Shown one piece after another: positions 12,801-26,200 of a stretch of DNA of 64,000 nt. The stretch is from Octopus bimaculoides (Eukaryota), in contig NC_069004.1 of NCBI RefSeq assembly GCF_001194135.2, positions 28,153,428-28,217,427 of the forward strand, written 5' to 3'. Under the pieces are notes generated by a model that was not told where the DNA came from, did not search any database, and saw only the letters and a list, made by a program, of their open reading frames with translations. Positions within the stretch are counted from its first letter, which is position 1. Every line of letters begins with the position of its first letter. Position numbers and translations under genes: made by a program.

Positions 12801-14050
12801 CCCATTCCTCACAGCAAGTCCACTGTCCTCTTTTTATCAATTTTACTGCATAATATAAGTGTTGCCAACACAAACCAACACTCGCTGCCTTGGAGGCTGT
12901 GTGATCACACACACACACAGATGTTTAGAGCTCTAATTTCCTGTTTGCATCACCAAACTTATACACACACACACAAAAGTGGGTGTTGTGTTAGAACACG
13001 CAATGCTGCATTATTTACCATGAGAGAACCTCTCAAATTGACTTGTGGTGCATATAAAAGGGTAATGACCTCCTCTGGTCGTGAATGACCATGGGATTGC
13101 ACCTAGAAAGTTCCTCTCTGAGGTACAAGTCCAGGCAAGGTTGTTCATGGAGGTCCAGCAGTCGTCCATGCATACCAGCCTCTTCTCTCTGTGCCACTGA
13201 GGTTATCCAAGGAAAAGTCAAAAGCTGCTACAGCTTGGCACCAGTGACGTTGCAACTCATTTCTACAGCTGAGTGAACTGGAGCAACGTGAAAATAAAGT
13301 GTTTTACTGAAGGACACAACTCACAGCCCGGTCCAGGAATCGAACTAACTATCTCATGATTGTGAGCCCAATGCTTTAACCACTGATTCATGTGCCTTCG
13401 CATATAAGCACTCATATTCATGTTGCTTGCAAGAGGTGATTGTCCACTATCACCTGCAGATGATTATCTCCTGCTAGTGATATAAACATGAGTGCTTGTA
13501 TGCACCACAAGCCCATATGAGAGGTTCTCTCATGATAAATAACACAGTATTCTGTGTTCTAACATGATATCCACTTTCAAGTGGAGATAAATATTATCTT
13601 TTGGTATTTACACTGTTTCTGTCACTATTAATTATACCTACACACGTGTATGTGTGGTGTGTGTGATTGTATGTATACTTCATTATCATGATGGTTTCAT
13701 GTCCTTCTTCATAGGATAGGTGTTTTGACAGGATCTGATAAAGCAGAGAACTGTGTTGAGCTCTAATGTCTCTTTTGGCATGTTTTCCATGGTTGGATGC
13801 CCTTCCTAACACCAACCACTTTACAGAGTGTACTGGGTCACTATTCTATGGCACTAGCACTAATGGTGATCTTGCTAGTGCCAGTGATCAAGTCATCACT
13901 TTAAGGCAAACTTAAGATCAAATGTCTCCTATTGATAAAATTTGATTTTCACAAATCTCTCTCTCTCTCTCTCACCCCATGGTGAAACAGAACATATTTT
14001 GTCAGACTAAACGATTATGGATTAAAAATCTTTTCCACTCTCAGACTTAC

Positions 14051-14320
14051 CTTTGAGTACTTTATTCTAAGTGACCAGACAGCTTCTTTTTGAACTTGTC
14101 ACCTCCTGGAATAATATATATAAAGAGAGAGAGATAGATATAGATCAAAACAGTTTGATTCAATAATGTATATATATCATTTTTTTGTGTCTGGAGGGAG
14201 TCATACTGCCAAAACACACTCACCAATTCAATTGAACCGGTGAATGCGTTGGATATTAAAGTTGTGTGACTCCTCAGTCACAACGAAATTTGCTTCAACA
14301 CATGAATTCACATAAAGAAT
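14051..14320 (-). other. Two candidate exons (14320-14224 and 14105-14051) separated by a 118-nt intron
   Basis: Donors TTG|GTGAGT and AAG|GTAAGT; acceptors TTTGCAAG and TATTATTCCAG. Both exons have stops in all three frames. Confidence 0.3.
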
Positions 14321-15831
14321 CTTGCAAACCAGGTACAAAAACAAAGTGTGTTTGTGTGTGTATAAATACGTGTGTGTGTGTGTGTGTGTGTGCGTGTGTA
14401 TAAACATGCACACACACACTCACACATATGTATGCGCTCAAAATGTTTTAACAAAATAATACCCATTTATTGACTGCTTCTCAAGTACTTTATGTATGGT
14501 CATCAAATTATTATTTCTCACCCTTTTTCATACACTAGCATAAGATGCAAGATCCACAATCCTTAGTCATCTATTATATACAGTAACAAAGAAAGTCACC
14601 AGCTTTCTTTGTTATTGTGTGAGTCAGGTTGTTTTTTTTCTTCTTCTTGGATATCCTTCCTGTGACCAGTCACTATACAATATGAACTGGGTGCATTGTA
14701 TCATGGTATTTGCACTAGAAAGACAAATATATTCTTTTATTCTTTTATTTGTTTCGGTCATTTGACTGCAGCCATGCTGGAACACCACCTTAAAGGGTTT
14801 GTAGTAGAAGAAATTGATCTCAGGACTTATTCTTTGTAAGCCTAGTACTTATTCTATCGGTCTCTTTTTGCTGAACGGAGACGTAAACACACCAGCATCG
14901 ATTGTCAAGCAATGGTGGAGGAACAAACACAGACTCACAAATACNNNNNNNNNNNNNNNNNNNNNNNNNNNNNNNNNNNNNNNNNNNNNNNNNNNNNNNN
15001 NNNNNNNNNNNNNNNNNNNNNNNNNNNNNNNNNNNNNNNNNNNNNNNNNNNNNNNNNNNNNNNNNNNNNNNNNNNNNNNNNNNNNNNNNNNNNNNNNNNN
15101 NNNNNNNNNNNNNNNNNNNNNNNNNNNNNNNNNNNNNNNNNNNNNNNNNNNNNNNNNNNNNNNNTCCGTCTACCAAATCAACTCAAGGCTTTTGGTCGGC
15201 CTCAGGCTATAGTTGAAGTCACTTACCCTCGGTGCCACATACACCACACGTGCACGTAAAGGTTTGGTGATGCAAACAGGAAAAATAGAACTCAAAACAT
15301 AAGTCTATATATGTATATACATACATGACAGGCTTCTTTCAGTTTCCGTCTACCAAATCAACTCAAGGCTTTTGGTCGGCCTCAGGCTATAGTTGAAGTC
15401 ACTTACCCTCGGTGCCACATACACCACACGTGCACGTAAAGGTTTGGTGATGCAAACAGGAAAAATAGAACTCAAAACATAAGTCTATATATGTATATAT
15501 TTTATTAATACTTAGCAGAAGCAACAGAGTGACTCATGGGCTGAGAGTTTTGTGCATTAACACTTATCAAACTAGTTAGATTTATACACCGCTGATAATA
15601 GTATTTTCCTGGATAGTTCTGGAACAAATTATCAAAGCAATTACGAATTATAAACCATTGTAATTCATAAAAACAATTCACTGGCACCCTTATCTATGTG
15701 TGTGTAAGTACACACAAATTTTCCTTATTTGTTTAGCTAAGTGTTTACTTATTGAATGATATAATGGGCAAACTATCTTAAGAATATGAATTATCCACTT
15801 GGCATTGTAAAATATTAATAATATATGTATA

Positions 15832-15868
<37 letters not shown>

Positions 15869-16862
15869 NNNNNNNNNNNNNNNNNNNNNNNNNNNNNNNN
15901 NNNNNNNNNNNNNNNNNNNNNNNNNNNNNNNNNNNNNNNNNNNNNNNNNNNNNNNNNNNNNNNNNNNNNNNNNNNNNNNNNNNNNNNNNNNNNNNNNNNN
16001 NNNNNNNNNNNNNNNNNNNNNNNNNNNNNNNNNNNNNNNNNNNNNNNNNNNNNNNNNNNNNNNNNNNNNNNNNNNNNNNNNNNNNNNNNNNNNNNNNNNN
16101 NNNNNNNNNNNNNNNNNNNNNNNNNNNNNNNNNNNNNNNNNNNNNNNNNNNNNNNNNNNNNNNNNNNNNNNNNNNNNNNNNNNNNNNNNNNNNNNNNNNN
16201 NNNNNNNNNNNNNNNNNNNNNNNNNNNNNNNNNNNNNNNNNNNNNNNNNNNNNNNNNNNNNNNNNNNNNNNNNNNNNNNNNNNNNNNNNNNNNNNNNNNN
16301 NNNNNNNNNNNNNNNNNNNNNNNNNNNNNNNNNNNNNNNNNNNNNNNNNNNNNNNNNNNNNNNNNNNNNNNNNNNNNNNNNNNNNNNNNNNNNNNNNNNN
16401 NNNNNNNNNNNNNNNNNNNNNNNNNNNNNNNNNNNNNNNNNNNNNNNNNNNNNNNNNNNNNNNNNNNNNNNNNNNNNNNNNNNNNNNNNNNNNNNNNNNN
16501 NNNNNNNNNNNNNNNNNNNNNNNNNNNNNNNNNNNNNNNNNNNNNNNNNNNNNNNNNNNNNNNNNNNNNNNNNNNNNNNNNNNNNNNNNNNNNNNNNNNN
16601 NNNNNNNNNNNNNNNNNNNNNNNNNNNNNNNNNNNNNNNNNNNNNNNNNNNNNNNNNNNNNNNNNNNNNNNNNNNNNNNNNNNNNNNNNNNNNNNNNNNN
16701 NNNNNNNNNNNNNNNNNNNNNNNNNNNNNNNNNNNNNNNNNNNNNNNNNNNNNNNNNNNNNNNNNNNNNNNNNNNNNNNNNNNNNNNNNNNNNNNNNNNN
16801 NNNNNNNNNNNNNNNNNNNNNNNNNNNNNNNTATATATATATACACACACATACACACACAC

Positions 16863-16904
<42 letters not shown>

Positions 16905-17572
16905 TATGTATACACAGTTTCTTTAACACAGTTTCTTATTTCTTTATTGCCCACAAGGGGCTAAACATAGAGGGGACAAACAAGGACAGACAAAGGAATT
17001 AAGTTGATTAGATTGACCCCAGTGCGTGGGATTGAACCCAAGACTTCACAGCCACATCTGCAAAGTATTTCTATTAAAATGTATTAGTTCTCATCCAACA
17101 CTAATATAAACACACTTGCACAATCACATGCACACATACACACACTAGAACCCTCGTCGTCTTATCCGATTGAGTGCTACATTGTTATAGACTGGAATAA
17201 GTAACTGATCTCTGTTGAAGCAACAATAAATGCTGAAGCTAGTCAGATCAGAGTCGGGGTGACACGGCTCATGTTGGTTGGCTGGCTACAAGCCTCATGG
17301 TCACAGTGGATGAGGAAGTACCTTGCAGGGATGAGAACTGTCTGGGACACTGCTTGGAGGGTCACCTAGGATGACCTGAGCAGATACTGACAAATGGTAG
17401 ATACAAGCTTTGTGCCACAATGGCACATGTCCCCATACCAGAACTTACTTAGCCAGATCAATCATAGGTTTCTGTCACAGAGAGAGAGCGAGGCCTGTGG
17501 TTTAACTATAGCATTTACTTTTCACAGCAGGGTGCTTACTAAAAGCACACACTAGTAAATTTGCCTTACTGC

Positions 17573-17626
<54 letters not shown>

Positions 17627-19494
17627 NNNNNNNNNNNNNNNNNNNNNNNNNNNNNNNNNNNNNNNNNNNNNNNNNNNNNNNNNNNNNNNNNNNNNNNNNN
17701 NNNNNNNNNNNNNNNNNNNNNNNNNNNNNNNNNNNNNNNNNNNNNNNNNNNNNNNNNNNNNNNNNNNNNNNNNNNNNNNNNNNNNNNNNNNNNNNNNNNN
17801 NNNNNNNNNNNNNNNNNNNNNNNNNNNNNNNNNNNNNNNNNNNNNNNNNNNNNNNNNNNNNNNNNNNNNNNNNNNNNNNNNNNNNNNNNNNNNNNNNNNN
17901 NNNNNNNNNNNNNNNNNNNNNNNNNNNNNNNNNNNNNNNNNNNNNNNNNNNNNNNNNNNNNNNNNNNNNNNNNNNNNNNNNNNNNNNNNNNNNNNNNNNN
18001 NNNNNNNNNNNNNNNNNNNNNNNNNNNNNNNNNNNNNNNNNNNNNNNNNNNNNNNNNNNNNNNNNNNNNNNNNNNNNNNNNNNNNNNNNNNNNNNNNNNN
18101 NNNNNNNNNNNNNNNNNNNNNNNNNNNNNNNNNNNNNNNNNNNNNNNNNNNNNNNNNNNTTTTAAATAACCATTTATTAGTTTAGAAATGTTGCCAAACC
18201 TATTTCTGCAGATTATATATTAGAATGGCATATTATCTTGGTTGATTTATTCTGTTAATACAGACCAGTTTGATCATGGTTAATGTCCATCATCCGTAAA
18301 CTACACCCTCCACCCCCATTCCTTCCCCCACCACACACTGTTGTTGTTTTTTGTTTTGTTTGTTTTTCTTTTTTTTCTTCTTCTTCTTGTGTTGCCGGAA
18401 CCAATTTTAGTCTCCAGACTTTCCCAACCATTGTTAGTAGTTTGAGTATGAGTAGCAGGCTATGTAACATGGGCCCAAATTCCCATACAGGACCCAGGGT
18501 GATATTTTTGAGAAATGTTCTTTTTTGAAAAAGAATTACCATAAAATACAGTGTTTAACATATTCACATCAATAATGGAATTCAAAATACTTACATTGTT
18601 TGTTTTGATGTGAATATGTTAAGGAAATAGTTGTATCCTTTATGTTAGAAGTCTATGTGGTCATCTGATGAGAAAGGTTTCTTTTAAATGATGTGATGTT
18701 TTCATTAATTAATTAAAGGAGTTGCTTCAAACGGCTGTAATGATCAACACCTGTACATCTTTGTTACTGATATTTTATTACCCTAATTTGGAATCTGCAC
18801 TTTGGAAATACTATAGAAAGTACCTTTATAAAAAGTACATCTGAATTACCAAGAGCAGATATCTTCACTTAGCTGGGTTGCATTGTCTGCACACATGGTG
18901 GGAATATCAGGTACAAACACCCCTGCATGGAGTCTTGATATGCAATATTCAAGTAATATTCTTTGGATATGCAGGTTATACCAACCTAGCAAGGTGCCTT
19001 AATTTAAGTACCTAACTCAATGGAATGTTTATAACTCTTCGAAACGCCAGTGTTAGAACTGTGGCAGCTGATGAAGGAAATGTTCTCTATGTGGCCTGTG
19101 TGTTTTCTGTACCCTGTTTATCATTTTGTCCATTTTTTTTTTTTGGAATGTCCTGTAGCCAGATATACATCTATATATACATGTAGATGAAGGTATGTAC
19201 ATATATATGCATATACTCATATATTATTTGTATATATATATATATAGATATAGATACATACATACATAAATGCATTCATACATACACATACACATGTGTG
19301 TGTGTCCCCTGATTTTTTAGCATGTATGTCTTTTGAGAAAGAGATAAGTTTCTTATCATTACCATTTGACAACCGGTGTGGGTGTGTTTCCATCCCCGTA
19401 ACTTAGCAGTTTAGAATAAGTACCAGACTTAAAAAGTACTCGGGTTGAAACCAGTAGAAGCTAAAAGATACATATATATATATATCATGAGTCG

Positions 19495-19692
19495 CCATGA
19501 TAGATCGCTGACCACACCATTCAAATTTTTTTTTTTCTCCGTGTTTTTCTCCTTGTTTTCTCCTTATTTCTTTCTGTTGGAGAGCGTAGTTCGAAACGTT
19601 AAAGACTTTCTCTATTCCCGAGCATTAAACTAATACATCCTTTTGTTGTTTACACCACCTGTCCTCGTCTGTTGTTTTTTTCGTAAATTCTC

Positions 19693-19695
<3 letters not shown>
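19495..19695 (+). mobile_element. Penelope-type terminal fragment with degenerate hammerhead (19569-19605)
   Basis: TCTTT CTGTTGG A GAGC gta GTTC GAAACGTT AAAGA has the stems and GAAACGT but two core changes. A related copy lies on the minus strand at about 63370-63560. Confidence 0.5.
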
Positions 19696-19725
<30 letters not shown>

Positions 19726-19997
19726 NNNNNNNNNNNNNNNNNNNNNNNNNNNNNNNNNNNNNNNNNNNNNNNNNNNNNNNNNNNNNNNNNNNNNNNNNNN
19801 NNNNNNNNNNNNNNNNNNNNNNNNNNNNNNNNNNNNNNNNNNNNNNNNNNNNNNNNNNNNNNNNNNNNNNNNNNNNNNNNNNNNNNNNNNNNNNNNNNNN
19901 NNNNNNNNNNNNNNNNTCTCTCTCCCCCTCTCTCTCTCTCTCCCTCTCTCTATCTCCCTCTCTCTATCTCCCTCTCTCTCTCTCCCTCTCTCTCTCC

Positions 19998-20047
<50 letters not shown>

Positions 20048-20782
20048 TGAAGGGTTGTTTTGTATTTGAGATTTTTTTTTTTTGCGTGTGTGTGTTTTAC
20101 TTCTTACTTTACTGATATATCGTGAAATGAAATGGCTGCAGCATGAAGTAGCTGTGCATTATTCACCAGGCACTCACAGTACTTGCCATTGCAGTGGAAG
20201 TTGTGTGTGTGTGTTTTGTACTCAATGCTGTTAGATAGAGCAGCATAATATTTGGCCTCAGTCTGCATGAGTTGTTACCTGGAGATTTTTCATTCCTGTT
20301 TTTCACCTGCTTGCCAGACCCAGCAGAAGAAACTGGGTGGGTCTCACACAGATTCAGCTTTGGATAAATAATACATGTGCATGTGGGAGGGAGAGAGAGG
20401 TGGGGAAAGTGTGTGTGTGTGTACTGGATGTACTACAAAGTGGTTGGTATTAGCAAGGGCATCCAGCCCTAGAAATCAAGTAGACATTGATGCATAATAC
20501 GGATATATATATGTACATCACATCTAACACTCTACACATATATATATATATATATATACCATCATCATCATCGTTTAACATCCGCTTTCCATGCTAGCAT
20601 GTGTTGGACGATTTGACTGAGGACTGGTGCTACTGGATGGCTACACCAGGCTCCATATATATATATTGGAAGGTTTGGAGGTGATGTACAGGAATTGTAT
20701 ATTGGAAAAAATAATAAGGTACTCAGATATCTGGATGGTTGTACATTTACAGATTTTTATTAATATGTCGCATGTTTTATAA

Positions 20783-20819
20783 ATATGACTAGTTTCGAGG
20801 TATTGCCTCTTATCAATAT
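20783..20819 (-). ncRNA. Damaged hammerhead motif, same family as 42226
   Basis: Minus strand TCTATA TTGATAA GAGG caata CCTC GAAAC TA GTC ATAT. Shares the upstream TTGGCTGCTCT with the 42226 copy; stem I is out of register by one base. Confidence 0.5.
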
Positions 20820-20858
20820 AGAGCAGCCAAACCCAGTAGGGTATATATAATATATATA

Positions 20859-20921
<63 letters not shown>

Positions 20922-22474
20922 TTGCAGTATGGCCAAATGGTTTAGTTGTTTTGATTCAAAATCACAAAACCGTTTGCTAGATTTCTTTGTTTGGAACCTT
21001 AGACAGGCATGGTTTACCACAGCCCCAAAAACATTGCAATAAGAAATTCAGTTGACAGAAGATGTTGCACGAGTTCTTTGGATGTAGTGTAACTACAATT
21101 CAAAGTGTACCCTCCTATGCACACACACACACATGCAACTTGTCATGTTAGTTCTTCTTGAGGATAACATTAAAGGTTATACCTGTTTGTGTAATTCAAT
21201 GAGCTCAGGTAATCAAACAACTGAAATAGCCTTTGTCAAAACCGACAGCGATCCATTTACTTAGCATATACGTGTAGGTGTGTGTATATACATCCATGTG
21301 TGTGTGTGTATAAATATACTAACACATGCATATATACACATGCGTGAGCACACACCTAAATGTATGTAAAGAATTGTTAATTATGAACCGCTATCAGAAT
21401 CAATGTTATTCTATTGTGGTATTAATGCACTTGTGCAGCTTTGTATTAATATGGATTATAAATTAAAGGCAATGATATGGATTCCATTCTTGTTTGTCCA
21501 TATTTATGAAAAAGCATAACTTTGATCTATTTACATACACAACAGTGATGGTGCTAGTGGTGGTGGTGGTGGTGGTGGTGGTGGTGGNNNNNNNNNNNNN
21601 NNNNNNNNNNNNNNNNNNNNNNNNNNNNNNNNNNNNNNNNNNNNNNNNNNNNNNNNNNNNNNNNNNNNNNNNNNNNNNNNNNNNNNNNNNNNNNNNNNNN
21701 NNNNNNNNNNNNNNNNNNNNNNNNNNNNNNNNNNNNNNNNNNNNNNNNNNNNNNNNNNNNNNNNNNNNNNNNNNNNNNNNNNNNNNNNNNNNNNNNNNNN
21801 NNNNNNNNNNNNNNNNNNNNNNNNNNNNNNNNNNNNNNNNNNNNNNNNNNNNNNNNNNNNNNNNNNNNNNNNNNNNNNNNNNNNNNNNNNNNNNNNNNNN
21901 NNNNNNNNNNNNNNNNNNNNNNNNNNNNNNNNNNNNNNNNNNNNNNNNNNNNNNNNNNNNNNNNNNNNNNNNNNNNNNNNNNNNNNNNNNNNNNNNNNNN
22001 NNNNNNNNNNNNNNNNNNNNNNNNNNNNNNNNNNNNNNNNNNNNNNNNNNNNNNNNNNNNNNNNNNNNNNNNNNNNNNNNNNNNNNNNNNNNNNNNNNNN
22101 NNNNNNNNNNNNNNNNNNNNNNNNNNNNNNNNNNNNNNNNNNNNNNNNNNNNNNNNNNNNNNNNNNNNNNNNNNNNNNNNNNNNNNNNNNNNNNNNNNNN
22201 NNNNNNNNNNNNNNNNNNNNNNNNNNNNNNNNNNNNNNNNNNNNNNNNNNNNNNNNNNNNNNNNNNNNNNNNNNNNNNNNNNNNNNNNNNNNNNNNNNNN
22301 NNNNNNNNNNNNNNNNNNNNNNNNNNNNNNNNNNNNNNNNNNNNNNNNNNNNNNNNNNNNNNNNNNNNNNNNNNNNNNNNNNNNNNNNNNNNNNNNNNNN
22401 NNNNNNNNNNNNNNNNNNNNNNNNNNNNNNNNNNNNNNNNNNNNNNNNNNNNNNNNNNNNNNNNNNNNNNNNNN

Positions 22475-22733
22475 GACTGGTTCCTGTGCCAGGGGCACAT
22501 AAAATGCACCATCTAAACGTGGTCGATGCCAGTGCCCCCTGACTGGCTCCCATGCCGGTGGCACATAAAAAGCACCCACTACACTCTCGGAGTGATTGTC
22601 ATTAGGAAGGGCATCCAGCTGTAGAAACTCTGCCAGATCAGATTGGAGCCTGGTGCTGCCTTCTGGCTTGCCAGTCCTCAGTCAAATCGTCCAACCCATG
22701 CTAGCATGGAAAGCGGACGTTAAACGATGATGA
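22475..22733 (+). mobile_element. Retroposon family C, 3' part ending in (GAT)n
   Basis: AGGAAGGGCATCCAGCTGTAGAAAC...CAACCCATGCTAGCATGGAAAGCGGACGTTAAACGATGATGAT. Further copies at about 37590-37797, 38820-39010, 51113-51227, 53642-53873, 55150-55295 (+) and 20560-20650, 31215-31320 (-). Confidence 0.85.
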
Positions 22734-22761
22734 TATATATGTGTGTGTGTGTGTGTGTGTG

Positions 22762-23290
22762 ACATGGCTGTGTAGTGAGAAGCTTGCTTCCCAACCACAT
22801 GGTTCCCGGTTCAGTCCCACTGTGTGTCACCTTGGGCAAGTGTCTTCTCTTATAGCCTTGGCCAACCAAAGCCTTGTGAGTGGATTTAGTAGACAGAAAC
22901 TGAAAGAAGCCCATCATTATATATATATGTGAGTGTGTGTGTGTGTGTGTATATATCTTTGGGTCTGTATTCATTGCTTGACAACTGGTGTTGGTGTGTT
23001 TATGTCCTCATAATTTAGAGGTTTGGCAAAGAAGCCAAATATGCCCTGGGGTTGAATTGTTTACCAAAAACACTTCAAGGCAGTGCTCCAGCATGGCCAC
23101 AGTCAAATGACTGAAACAAGTTAAAGAAGAAAAGAGAGTGTGTGTTTGTGCAATGAAATTCCACACAGTTTCTGTCTTTAAAATTGTCTCACTAAGTACT
23201 GGTTGGCCTAGGGCTTCAGTAGAAGACACTTATTCAAGGTGCTTGCAGTGGGACTGAACCCAAACCATTGTGATACTGTAAAGCGATCCC
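22762..23290. mobile_element. SINE-A (+; 22762-23125) followed by an inverted SINE-A head (23190-23290)
   Basis: Direct similarity to family A. Confidence 0.8.
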
Positions 23291-26200
23291 CTTAGATACA
23301 CAGCCATGCCTGCTTGAGAGTGTTTCAATTTCAGGGATAATCTACACTGATTAATCAAGATAACATTTTTTTTTAATAAATAAAAATTTCTTGTGTCACT
23401 ACATCAAGTACTTTAGTACTCATTTGATAAGCTAAGGTGTGACTGACTGGTTACAAAGCTTGTTTCTCAGCCACTTTCTTCCAGGTTCAGTCCCAGTGTG
23501 TGACATTTAGAGCAGTTATCTTCTAGTATTGCCCTGGGTTCTCTCGAAAGCCTTGTGAGTGGATTCGGTCGATGGAAACTGCAAGTAGTTCATTGCGTAT
23601 ATGTATGTGTGTGTACATGTGCATGTGTGTGTGAATTGGTGGTTCCTCATCTTGACATCACGTGATTGTTATAAGGGTAACCATCATACGCCAGGCAGTG
23701 TCTTTTATTATGAATCTTCCGAGAAAACTTATCCAGTCAGGTGAGGTGAGATGATAGGAAAAAGCATCCGACCATTGAAAAATCTGCCTCAACAAATTCT
23801 GTCCAACTCATGTGAGCATGGCATAGTGGTTGCTAAAACAAAACTGATGATTCACAATATAATTAGTAATGTTTAGTAAGTCTCTGACAAAGATTTCTTG
23901 TAGCTGTAGTATTACTGGCTGGTGACCACCCTGATGTTTCTCAACAGGGTTTCCCCTCTACTCTATCTTACTTGACACCTGACAGCCAATACCCTCTCTG
24001 GCCCTAACCAACCCAACATAATCCGAAATTACTGTACTACAAACTCTTCTATTTCCATGTGAATAAATTGATTTTCAGAGATTTTATTCTTTCGCTGTTT
24101 TTTTTTTTTCTTCTTTCTGAACCAACTTGAAATTCGGTTCTTAAGTATTAATTATTTAATATTTTTAATTATAAAAGTATGTTATGTCATTGTTCGTAGA
24201 GTGTTATTTTTAGTGTTTAAAAAGGACTTCTACTTCAGTAAGCTTTTGTACAGGCTTTTTTTTTTTAAATTTTATTTTGTAACTTTTTTTTTGTGTGTGT
24301 GTTTTCCATTTAATTTTTCTTATTGTTTTGTTGGTGCTTAAGATAAACAAGATCTGCTTGTAACAACTGGATGAATGTCTGTCATGAAATATGATCTATT
24401 GGATTTACATCAAAGTTGACATAAAATGATCGTGTGGTTGGTGGTGGTGGTGGTGGTAGTGATGGTGGTAGTGGTGGTGGTAGTGATGGTGGTGGTGGTG
24501 ATGGTGGGTGGCAAAGTCTCTTTGGATGTGGAGGTGGAGTTGGATGACAAAATCTGTGAAACATGAAAAGAAAGAATGCATTCAAGCCATGTTAAATCAG
24601 TTTTAGTTCTCAGAAATCAAAGAGAGTCGGTCTGTGCATGTGTGTATGTGGGTGTGTGCATGTGTGCGTATGTTTGCGGGTGTGTGCTTGTGTAAGTGTG
24701 TATGCGTAGACATGCGTGAGTTTGTAGATATGTAGGTGTTTGTGTATTTGTAAATGTGTGTATGTGTGTGTAATGCTTCAAGCTATCATATTTGATGGTA
24801 TATAAGATGCACATTATTCTGAAAATATGTCTCAAAAAAAAATCACCCTGGGGCCTATATATGAGGTTACTTTATTCCACGCTCTAATACACCAAAAACA
24901 TTTATTCCTGGAATCTGCACTGCTGAAATAGGGGTGCTTCTTCTATGCCATCAAATACGGTGCTTAGATTTTTTTTGTGTCAGATTAAAAAAAAAAAAAT
25001 CCCTTAAGCTCAAGGAAACTGAATTGATCAGACGTAGACGATTATCTGTGGAAGAATTTGCCAGAAAGGATTATGACAAGCACCGTTCCATCTGCAGTGA
25101 AGGATTTTTGATTCCTGTCCGTTCCGCCATACATTTATATTAGATTATTTTACTGTCTTGAGTCCAAGGGCTCATAGGACCAGTTACCTGGTTTCTATGA
25201 TGTGTAAGTGACCGAGATCACAAAATTCCTCCCTGCCAAATGGGGTACTGGTCTGTCACAGGGTTACTCGTTTACAGCTGAGTAGACTGGAGCAGTGTGA
25301 AATGAAGTGTTTTGCTCAAGAACGCAATGCACTGCCCAGTCTGGGAATCAAAACCATATTAAAACAATGCTGATGATGATTCACAATAGTTACCTTGTTC
25401 AATAAGTGTCTGACCAAGATTTCTTGTAGCTGTGGTATTGTAACTGGTACAGAAGAGTAATGGCAACAATCATTACTCTTCGGTAGAGTTACTATTTGCA
25501 TCTCTTATAGAGATTTTAGAATTAGCTACTTTGCTTGTTGTAAACAAAATCAGAGCTGAATGTCACTTATTTATTTATATATTGCAAAATAGGACAAATA
25601 ACTGTCAAGTATTTTGTTGTTATTTGGTAAGCCTTGACTGAGCTGACCTGTGGTCAAATATATTCCAGCCATGACCATCCTCTTGGTCTTTTTCTGCCCT
25701 ACTCCCACTACACTGAAACAGTGTATTGCAGGATCACATTAGGGTATGTCTCATGACAGATTTAGCTGTTATTTACAGCAAGTTAAGCAGCCATGTAGAG
25801 GCTCCTCATTTGGGATGTCTTAAATATCAATCAATAATTAGACACTGTTTTATCTCTAACTTTGAACAGTATACACTGTTTTTTTATTTGTATATTTATC
25901 TATTTTTTAAGTTCTTTTATATGCCACTATCTGTGTTGGCTTTTGTAATTCTCAAGTGTTCTAAGACATTTTTATAACTGAACCATCTGCTGCCTTATCA
26001 GATTTGTGAATTATTTGTCCAGGATTGCATGTTTGTTGATTTAAATTATCTAAGTACATACCATGACTGGGCAATGTGACCAGATGTTATTGGTTTTCAT
26101 TATCCAAAGTCAGGTCTTTGTACATCTACATGAAAACCTCTTTGTTTTTATTTTTTATTTTTCAACTGATTGTCAACCTGGAGTGGGGTATATTAGTTTA

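Noticed and set aside
14051-14320. In-frame TGA codons in two adjacent candidate exons suggesting a selenoprotein
   Set aside because: The two TGA frames are not phase-compatible, there is no redox motif, I saw no SECIS, and one path ends in TAA.
15165-15500. Exact 180-bp tandem duplication
   Set aside because: Identical copies immediately beside a gap; most likely a contig-overlap artefact.
19030-19090. TTCGAAACGCC followed by CTGATGAAGG
   Set aside because: Hammerhead half-motifs in the wrong order with no stem II; at best a scrambled PLE fragment.
24934-25143. 69-aa ORF with ELIRRRRL faintly like a Helitron helicase segment
   Set aside because: No Walker or WDE motif; similarity too weak.
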